Assembly: GCA_032718475.1 (NCBI GenBank) | Contig: JAUCBJ010001972.1 | Location: 43,012 to 107,011 of the forward strand | Direction of reading: 5' to 3' | Source of the DNA: Nemertoderma westbladi | Lineage: Eukaryota > Animalia > Xenacoelomorpha | DNA: 64,000 nt | Shown: positions 55,701 through 64,000 of the stretch, in pieces | Position numbering within the stretch: position 1 is the stretch's first letter | Layout: each line of letters opens with the position of its first letter | Program-made: the position numbers and the translations under genes | Notes under the pieces: generated by a model | Seen by the model: only the letters and a program-made list of their open reading frames with translations | What the model was told of the DNA's origin: nothing | The model's database searches: none

Positions 55701-57443
55701 TCTTTGTGTTTACGTCACCCACTATATTTACCTGTTCTTTGTGTTTACGTTAACCACTATATTTACCTGTTCTTTGTGTTTATGTTACCCACTATATTTA
55801 CTGTTCTTTGTGTTTACGTTAACCACTATATTTACCTGTTCTTTGTGTTTATGTTACCCACTATATTTACTGTTCTTTGTGTTTACGTTAACCACTATAT
55901 TTACCTGTTCTTTGTGTTTACGTTACCCACTATATTTACTGTTCTTTGTGTTTACGTCACCCACTATATTTACCTGTTCTTTGTATTTACGTTACCCACT
56001 ATATTTACCTGTTCTTTGTGTTTACGTTACCCACTATATTTACCTGTTCTTTGTGTTTACGTTACCCACTATATTTACCTGTTCTTTGTGTTTACGTTAA
56101 CCACTATATTTACCTGTTCTTTGTGTTTACGTTACCCACTATATTTACCTGTTCTTTGTGTTTACGTTAACCACTATATTTACTTGTTCTTTGTGTTTAC
56201 GTTACCCACTATATATACCTGTTGTTTGTGTTTACGTTAACCACTATATTTACCTGTTCTTTGTGTTTACGTTACCCACTATATTTACCTGTTCTTTGTG
56301 TTTACGTTACCCACTATATTTACCTGTTCTTTGTATTTACGTTACCCACTATATTTACCTGTTCTTTGTGTTTACGTTACACAATATATTTACCTGTTCT
56401 TTGTGTTTACGTTACCCACTATATTTACCTGTTCTTTGTGTTTACGTTAACCACTATATTTACCTGTTCTTTGTGTTTACGTTACCCACTATATTTACCT
56501 GTTCTTTGTGTTTACGTTAACCACTATATTTACCTGTTCTTTGTGTTTACGTTACCCACTATATATACCTGTTGTTTGTGTTTACGTTAACCACTATATT
56601 TACCTGTTCTTTGTGTTTACGTTACCCACTATATTTACCTGTTCTTTGTGTTTACGTTACCCACTATATTTACCTGTTCTTTGTATTTACGTTACCCACT
56701 ATATTTACCTGTTCTTTGTGTTTACGTTACACAATATATTTACCTGTTCTTTGTGTTTACGTTACCCACTATATTTACCTGTTCTTTGTGTTTACGTTAC
56801 CCACTATATTTACCTGTTCTTTGTGTTTACGTTACCCACTATATTTACCTGTTCTTTGTGTTTACGTTACCCACTATATTTACCTGTTCTTTGTGTTTAC
56901 GTTAACCACTATATTTACCTGTTCTTTGTGTTTACGTTACCCACTATATTTACCTGTTCTTTGTGTTTACGTTAACCACTATATTTACCTGTTCTTTGTG
57001 TTTACGTTACCCACTATATTTACCTGTTCTTTGTGTTTACGTTACCCACTATATTTACCTGTTCTTTGTGTTTACGTTACCCACTATATTTACCTGTTCT
57101 TTGTGTTTACGTTAACCACTATATTTACCTGTTCTTTGTGTTTACGTTACCCACTATATTTACCTGTTCTTTGTGTTTACGTTACCCACTATATTTACCT
57201 GTTCTTTGTGTTTACGTTACCCACTATATATACCTGTTCTTTGTGTTTACGTTACCCACTATATTTACCTGTTCTTTGTGTTTACGTTACCCACTATATA
57301 TACCTGTTCTTTGTGTTTACGTTACCCACTATATTTACCTGTTCTTTGTGTTTACGTTACCCACTATATTTACCTGTTCTTTGTGTTTACGTTACCCACT
57401 ATATTTACCTGTTCTTTGTGTGTATGTCACCCACTATATTTAC

Positions 57444-57578
57444 CTGTTCTTTGTGTTTAGGACCTCCCATTTCTCCCGACTTCAACTCCTGTCGCGTTAG
57501 GTAACCACGGATGCCGGCTTGTATGGTAATGACTGCAGACAGAGCCTCTGGGTCGGTTGGATCTATAGGGGGTTTTTC
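57444..57578 (-). CDS. Internal exon of the IQ gene: EKPPIDPTDPEALSAVITIQAGIRGYLTRQELKSGEMGGPKHKEQ
   Basis: ttcttttag acceptor, CAG|gtaaat donor, 135 nt, phase 0-0; ID-x-x-DPE...IQAGIRGYLTR fits the neuromodulin/igloo/Sp17-type IQ motif. Confidence 0.9.
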
Positions 57579-57845
57579 CTAAAAGAAATGATTTTATTAT
57601 TTTATTGTTGAATTTGTCTTTACAGGTAATATTGGTTTTACAGGTAAATATTTGTTTTACAGTTAATATCCATTATTTTATAATTATCATAATTTTTTAT
57701 TAATTGACTTAAATGTTAATTTAGTATTCACAACAAATACAAAATATATTTTCGTTTCCGGTAATTAACTTCATACGGCCAAAACGCCAACGAACCTGTC
57801 TTTAGACTGGGTAGTCCTTGTTAAGAGGTGAGCCGTTTTTTTTAC

Positions 57846-58575
57846 TACTACTACTACTAAGTCGAGCGAACTCGGACAGTGGAAATGAGATCCTTCCAGG
57901 CTTCCCGATTCTCCAACTACTACTAGGTCGAGCGAACTCGGATAGTGGAAATGAGATCCTTCCAGGCTTCCCGATTCTCCAACTACTACTAGGTCGAGCG
58001 AACTCGGATAGTGGAAATGAGATCCTTCCAGGCTTCCCGATTCTCCAAATACTACTAGGTCGAGCGAACTCGGACAGTGGAAATGAGATCCTTCCAGGCT
58101 TCCCGATTCTCCAACTACTACTAGGTCGAGCGAACTCGGACAGTGGAAATGAGATCCTTCCAGGCTTCCCGATTCTCCAAATACTACTAGGTCGAGCGAA
58201 CTCGGACAGTGGAAATGAGATCCTTCCAGGCTTCCCGATTCTCCAACTACTACTAGGTCGATAGAACTCGGACAGTGGAAATGAGATCCTTCCAGGCTTC
58301 CCGATTCTACTACTACTAATAGGTCGAGCAAACTCGGATAGTGGAAATGAGATCCTTCCAGGCTTCCCGATTCTACTACTACTACTAGGTCGAGCGAACT
58401 CGGACAGTGGAAATGAGATCCTTCCAGGCTTCCCGATTCTCCAAATACTACTAGGTCGAGCGAACTCGGACAGTGGAAATGAGATCCTTCCAGGCTTCCC
58501 GATTCTCCAACTACTACTAGGTCGAGCAAACTCGGATAGTGGAAATGAGATCCTTCCAGGCTTCCCGATTCTCCA
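57846..58575 (-). repeat. 66-bp minisatellite, 11 copies, made of the RTE-2 ORF end plus TAG tail
   Basis: GTCGA recurs at 57861, 57927 ... 58521 with period 66; the last copy is the true end of ORF 58517-59542. Confidence 0.95.
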
Positions 58576-59542
58576 TAGTTGTCGCAATTTCGTTTCTCCC
58601 AAGTTCAGTATCCCTTTCAAGTTGATCTATATATGTTATGGCAGGTCGTCCACGACTACGCTTTCCATGAGTTGGTTGCCAGAGAAGTAGATCTGGTATG
58701 ACCTCGTCTTTACTTTGCCAGCAGTGCCCACTGTATCTTAATCTGCGTTCACGGAGGGTGGTTGATACAGGTGGTATTGTACCATAAAGCTCGGCGTTTG
58801 TCATGTGTTGTCTCCAGCTGATGTTTAGGGCTGCCCTTAGTAGTCTTGTGTAGCAACCATCAATTCGTTGTTCAAGTGATTTACTCAGTGTCCAGGTTTC
58901 ACCCCCGTATAAAAATACACTTTCCACTGTGGCTCGAAAGAACTTAGTCTTCAGGTGCCTGGAGAGATCTGATTTCCAGATGGTATTCCTTTTTGATAGA
59001 GCTACCCAAGCCTTTGCTTTCCTAACTTCTATGTCCTTTTTGCTGCTCTCTATCCATGATCCAAGGTACTGGAAGTCATCGACCTTCCTTAGTTGATTAT
59101 TATCAATGGTTGTCAAGTTTCCATCAACATTAAATGTCATGAATTCGGTCTTGGTAGCATTTATATGTAATCCGACCTCCTTAGCAGCCCTCTCCACTTT
59201 ATTTAGTAGAAGCTGTGCATCTGCTAGCGTATTAGAGAGCAGGGCGATGTCATCCGCAAAGTCGGTGTCTGTGACTGTAGTTGCCGGATATCTACTACTT
59301 CTGCGTTCTTGAAGTGTGAATCCCAGATCTTCACCCTTTGTGGCCGTCCTCATTGCGTAATCCAGCACAATTACAAATAGTAATGGTGCTAATGTGTCGC
59401 CTTGCAGTACGCCAGCCAGGATTGAGAAAAACTCAGTTTCACCATCTGGTGAGAGTACCTGTGCTTCTGTGTCACGATATAACAATCCAATGCCAGCAAC
59501 GATTACTTCTGGTATTCCATAAGCTCTTAGGATTACAAGCAT
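58517..59542 (-). CDS. RTE-2 reverse transcriptase, C-terminal part
   Basis: YGIP, GVLQGDTLAPLLF, FADD, FQYLGS, RRLRYSGH; the stop is the first TAG of the tail. Confidence 0.92.
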   Translation of the reverse strand: MLVILRAYGIPEVIVAGIGLLYRDTEAQVLSPDGETEFFSILAGVLQGDTLAPLLFVIVLDYAMRTATKGEDLGFTLQERRSSRYPATTVTDTDFADDIALLSNTLADAQLLLNKVERAAKEVGLHINATKTEFMTFNVDGNLTTIDNNQLRKVDDFQYLGSWIESSKKDIEVRKAKAWVALSKRNTIWKSDLSRHLKTKFFRATVESVFLYGGETWTLSKSLEQRIDGCYTRLLRAALNISWRQHMTNAELYGTIPPVSTTLRERRLRYSGHCWQSKDEVIPDLLLWQPTHGKRSRGRPAITYIDQLERDTELGRNEIATTMENREAWKDLISTIRVCST

Positions 59543-60259
59543 TGTTCAAGTGTTTTTTTTACACTTAGCAATTATTGTACATTCTACACTATTAAGTACG
59601 CCTTATGAATATGTTATATCAATATGTATATAGATTTTATTTTACCGGATTGATTTTATACCGCTATTGACTTATATGGTGCCTTGGTGCCTTACTGTTC
59701 TTACCGCCACGTTATTAATTGGTGTGTAGTTTATATAACTATTTTCGGTGCAATTGGTGCTATGCTACTTACGCCTTAAAGCCAGACCATTTTACTAATA
59801 ACAGCCGCCGGGGCATATTTCGGATGAAAATCAAAAATGTAAAACAGGAAGTGGTTATGTATTTATGTAAGTATAACCATTCAATATCTCAAAAACTCAA
59901 GTAGGTACGCAAAAATGTTTAACGCAACTATTTATCAATTAGTATCTAGTTGTTGAATAACAAAAGTTGGGAACGATTCGATGTGCGATATTCGAAATAT
60001 TAGCATATGATTAACATTATGGAACGCGAAATTAAATACTCACAGCTACACTTTGTCAGCTGAACAACATTTCACTACTTATTGTCAATTGGAGTTACGT
60101 ATATTAATTATGTATTATTATTATTATTATGTATTGTGTAACGAAATACTTTGCCCCCCCCCCCCTCCCCCAGCCCCCCACTACAGCCAAAACTACAACG
60201 TCTACGGAAACGAATTATACCTTATCTGAAAGCTTATTTTAATACAATTTTAATTAACT

Positions 60260-61834
60260 TTAATATTGTGTGTGACCTCCGTTTGCGGCGCGCAGGGTAA
60301 GTCTTCAAAATACGCACAGAATTTCGAGTTGTAAGGGCTGGTAGTGCATTAGTTCCTCGATACGACTCGTCAGGATGGCTCCCACATCCTCGGCACCATT
60401 CAGGTCAGGACTAGCACCGCACCAGGCGATTGGGAGTTATCGAAGAAATCGACTCCAGAGTCCTGTAGCAACTGTTGCGTCTCGATTGCACTGGAACATG
60501 GTGCTCGGTCGTGCAGCACTGTTACATCGTCCACTGCTATAACGTTTTCCAGATTCTGTAAAAAGGGAATGACATTGCCGCGCTAAACCGTATCTCGAAA
60601 ATAAGATCCGCGCCAAGTTTGACTCTTCGGTTTCAAAACCCACATCAGCCGTTTGGCAGTGAAACATAAAAAAACTCCAATGCAGTTTGTAACCACCGGC
60701 ATCGCTCTTCGTCTGGTATGTCGTCGACATATTTCGCTCAAACCCAGTCATTTTGAGAGTTCAGTTTACGATTCGCCCAAATAAAAAATTCATCCGAAAG
60801 AGCAAGATGTAAAAACTCATCTGAGTCCCAATGGCGGAGAAATTCTCAGAAAAAAAGCCGATCAGCGAAGATTCTTTCCGATTTGTAGGGTTTACTGATC
60901 ACCTTGTGGGTTTAATTCCACCCCGACGTCTCTGGCGATTCACCGACATAAATGACACTTCCTTTCCACGTTCCAGAAGAATGTCATTTGCTACGACCCG
61001 CCAACTTTTGCGCTGCTGACACGAGGCAAACCGAACGATATCTTAGGACTCCTGGGACAGCCTGAGCGGACGACCCCCACTAAATTCCACCTCCACGTTT
61101 TGGATAACCTTCTTCCAGTTGTATTTAACCCACCTTGGAGAACGTCCCAGCGTGTTAGAGATCCATTGTTTGGTAATAAAGGACGCACCTGCATCTCGAG
61201 CAATGCGAGATGGACGCTATTCAAGGCATGGGCAGCCTGGAATAGGCTTTCCAGGATTTGGAAGTCACCGAGAATTAATCGGCAACTTAAGGTCCGGTTA
61301 TTTAGAGCAGCAGTAGTTCCAGTACTCCTCTACGGGAGTCCATGCTGGGCTCTAACTGCTGAGGACACCAAATCTCTGGATGGCACATTCACAAGAATGC
61401 TACGCCGGGTTCATTGTGTCAAGTACAATGCACACATCTCCAACCAGACACTATATAACATAGGAGGTGTCTCATTGGTTCCCCCAAGCTTGACACTAGA
61501 ACAAAATCGCCTCCGCTTTGCAGGACATTGCTTTCGCCGTGAGGACCAGCCAGTGCATAATCTTGTACTTTGGCAGCCTCATGGAGTGAATAAGCATGGT
61601 GGACAGCCCATGACTTTCTTGAGACGCATCTTAAAGGACACTGGCCTTAAAGATGCAGATGATCTAGCCAATGTCATGGGTGATAGGGAGTTGTGGCGGT
61701 GCAATTTTGTTGACAAGCCGGCACAGCATTCTTAAAAATGCAGCTGCAATGCAGCATGCCGATACTAGTACTTGTAGAGCAATGCGAAACGCAATTGCCA
61801 TAGCTCGATGTTTGATCCGCGATTGTTTTGTCAT
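60260..61834 (-). pseudogene. DD37E transposase pseudogene interrupted by RTE copy 4
   Basis: Manual translation: MTKQSRIKHR..FRIARDAGASFITKQWI..GGRP..SDEFFIW..NSQND..LHDRAPC..PGASPDLNGAE..GGHTQY*, with stops and frameshifts; 37 residues between the second D and E after removing a 4-nt duplication. Confidence 0.85.
61209..61776 (+). mobile_element. RTE family 1, copy 4, 5'-truncated, 11-bp TSD
   Basis: GAGCAATGCGA at 61198-61208 and 61777-61787; removing the insert restores the transposase frame. Confidence 0.93.
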
Positions 61835-62375
61835 TTAATACATTTGCCATTCAAACTTTACCGGTAATGTTTAAAGGTTAATCCTAATCTTAAATCTGTA
61901 ATCCTAAGGTTCAAATTAGCATTTATCGGTAATAAACGAGCAAGAGGCCTCAAACAAGCAGACTTGGAACTCCGGGAGCTGGCTAATAGAAACTGAAAGA
62001 AATTAACAGGCATCATCCAATGAGAGAGCTTAAAATTGCCATCTGTTTTTACGTGTCAGCCAATTATCTGCGATGACCAATATTTCCGGATTCAGTGCAT
62101 ACTTGGAAGATATTGTCTGATGAGAAGCTTCAAAATGATATATAGTTTGTTTCTGTTTCTGTATTTCGTTACACCCGGTACATTATTTATATATCGTATG
62201 TATCTATATGGCCTATTGTCATCGTTACAATACTGTCATCAACTCAGGCTAAGCTCAATTGTAATAAAGGCTTAGTAGGTTTTGGGACGTTTACAACAGC
62301 TGTCCATTAAACTAACAAAACCAAGAAACTGAACCAGGGTGCCAGCCATGTACCAACGGCTGTTGGGTAGGTGTC

Positions 62376-62483
62376 GTCGCGTTACGGCTAATGTCGCGTT
62401 ACGGCAAATTTTTTGAGAGATTAGCCGTAACGCGACTTTCAAAGTCGCGTTACGGCTACTCTAAAAGTCGCGTTACGGCTAAT
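62376..62483. repeat. Five copies of GTCGCGTTACGGC in direct and inverted orientation; probable DNA-transposon/MITE subterminal repeats
   Basis: Includes the perfect palindrome TAGCCGTAACGCGACTTT-C-AAAGTCGCGTTACGGCTA (62422-62458). Confidence 0.6.
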
Positions 62484-62953
62484 CTATTGTCTTGGTTTTA
62501 CATAGGGAATCATTATCAATATTATTCTATGGTGTTTACGTACAGATGAGGTCCGAAAAATGTAATGTAATAATGTTTTACAGCATGGGAGTCTCCGGGG
62601 GGGGGGGGGGGGGGGGGGGTTGATTTACCATCTTTCATACTGTATGTTCTTCGACAACCTCACATTCAATATAATATTGTATTCTATGGTATTCTTAGTC
62701 ACAGCCTCAATCACAGGTACCGAATACAGCCAATAATAGCAGCCGAAAAAGCAATGAGTGGTTTTGTGGAACATATTCCACTACTTCATATCGATGTTGT
62801 TAACCAACGCCTGGCTCGCTACCTCGACCATATGGCGTTCTGTTTGGGGACTGACAAGTAGGCAATTGCCGTCCTTCCAACCGCCGATCACCCAGTTGAA
62901 GGTCCAGCTGCATTGGGAGGGGGTGGTGATCCCGACTGGCATGTTGGTGTAGT

Positions 62954-63364
62954 GAACCACCCCTTCGTGACCGAACCATTCCAACCCACCCCACCACCGA
63001 ACCACCCCTTCGCGGACGAACCATTCCAACCCACCCCACCACCGAACCACCCCTTCGCGGACGAACCATTCCAACCCACCCCACCACCGAACCACCCCTT
63101 CGCGGACGAACCATTCCAACCCACCCCACCACCGAACCACCCCTTCGCGGACGAACAATTCCAACCCACCCCACCACCGAACCACCCCTTCGCGGACGAA
63201 CCATTCCAACCCACCCCACCACCGAACCACCCCTTCGCGGACGAACCATTCCAACCCACCCCACCACCGAACCACCCCTTCGCGGACGAACCATTCCAAC
63301 CCACCCCACCACCGAACCACCCCTTCGCGGACGAACCATTCCAACCCACCCCACCACCGAACCA
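62954..63364. repeat. 45-bp C-rich minisatellite, 9 copies
   Basis: Unit GAACCACCCCTTCGCGGACGAACCATTCCAACCCACCCCACCACC. Confidence 0.95.
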
Positions 63365-63589
63365 TATGCCACACGCGGGCGATGACTGGCTAATTCAAGA
63401 CATTTCTTAGTTCAGATCTTTAGTTTTAGATACTTTTGATTTGATTATTATAATGATAAATTCAAAGTGCAATATTTCGGCAAAATATTGATATACTTTC
63501 GACCAATATACCTATGGTACTGTGTACTGTGGTACTCAATACAACAAAAATAATACAATAATTAATAAATTAAGTGTTTTTAGTTAAAA

Positions 63590-64000
63590 TTTTTTTTATT
63601 TGAGTGTGTAAAGTAAAAACATTCGATTATAAAAAAATTGTGAATTAAAACCAAGTGTAAGGATAACCTCATGAGGTATTAAACCTCGTTTCCATGAGGG
63701 TCCTATAAATAAAATAGTGTTTAATATTAATGTTAAAAAGTTAAGAGGGGGGCTCAGCCTCGAACAGGTGTTTTCAGATATCGGTTTCTGACAGATTTGT
63801 TAATAAGTGTTTTTTCAGTTGGTGTTTGAAGGCATCAAGGGAGGGCGCATTCACTATGGTCTGGGGTAGGCGATTCCAATGGAGTGGTCCCTTGTAGCTG
63901 AACGCGTGCTGCCCGTAGATAGTAGACCTCTGTGGAATGATTTGTTGTTGGTTGTGAGAGCGTGCGCTGCGTCTCCCAGGAGCCGGTGTAATCATGTCGG
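63590..64000 (-). mobile_element. 3' end of an L2/Crack/CR1-group LINE, extends beyond the window
   Basis: AFSYKGPLHWNRLP...SLDAFKHQLKKHL C-terminus (ORF ends 63774), 3' UTR with GGACCCTCATGGAAACGAG, A-rich end near 63590. Confidence 0.7.

Larger units (their letters stand above)
32030..57459. repeat. Satellite C (35-bp monomer with 34/32-bp variants), roughly 600 copies, interrupted at 39572-40611 and about 46504-49758; amplified exon end plus GTAAAT donor on the minus strand
   Basis: Monomer CCACTATATTTACCTGTTCTTTGTGTTTACGTTAC; the right end overlaps the last 16 nt of the 57444-57578 exon; the left end decays. Confidence 0.98.
57846..59551 (-). mobile_element. RTE family 2, 5'-truncated, with tandemly repeated 3' end; 11-bp TSD
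   Basis: GTTTTTTTTAC at 57835-57845 and 59552-59562; (TAG)n tail; RT ORF inside. Confidence 0.9.
60136..62178 (-). mobile_element. Decayed IS630/Tc1/mariner DNA transposon (DD37E, L31-like)
   Basis: Inverted repeat GTGTAACGAAATAC (60136-60149) / GTATTTCGTTACAC (62161-62174); the right end is CACCCGG|TA; encloses a transposase pseudogene. Confidence 0.78.

Noticed and set aside
32009-57504. Dozens of hydrophobic plus-strand ORFs (MFTLPTIFTCSLCLRYPLY...)
   Set aside because: They are translations of the 35-bp satellite cycling through three frames, with no unique sequence or domain.
57796-57816. Possible 21-nt micro-exon before a gttcgt donor
   Set aside because: Stop codon in phase 0 and a weak AAG acceptor; incompatible with the adjacent phase-0 exon.
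57771-58620. 252-aa, 272-aa and 148-aa repeat proteins
   Set aside because: Products of the 66-bp (multiple of 3) RTE-tail repeat, downstream of the RT stop.
59780-60010. Possible MITE remnant
   Set aside because: Only general motif resemblance; no TIR pair or TSD identified.
61100-61735. 211-aa plus-strand ORF
   Set aside because: Chimera of antisense transposase sequence and RTE copy 4.

Overview
Eukaryotic (probably invertebrate), AT-rich, repeat-dominated DNA, not prokaryotic and with no CRISPR array. About two thirds of the window is three tandem arrays (41/45-bp, 67-bp and 35-bp monomers). The mobile elements are: four copies of one (TAG)n-tailed RTE LINE family (one full-length, split by an intact CsRn1-type Ty3/Gypsy element), a second RTE whose 3' end is tandemly repeated inside its own target-site duplication (TSD), a CR1 LINE, a decayed DD37E IS630/Tc1/mariner transposon, and an L2/Crack-like 3' end. 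Between the repeats on the minus strand lie short phase-0 exons of a host gene encoding IQ calmodulin-binding motifs, which the ORF track misses. The main observation is that two of the large arrays are tandem amplifications of this gene's own exon-end plus 5' splice-donor junctions, so the introns start with roughly 100 and roughly 600 copies of their own donor site. All analysis was by eye; family names come from motif recall, not database searches.
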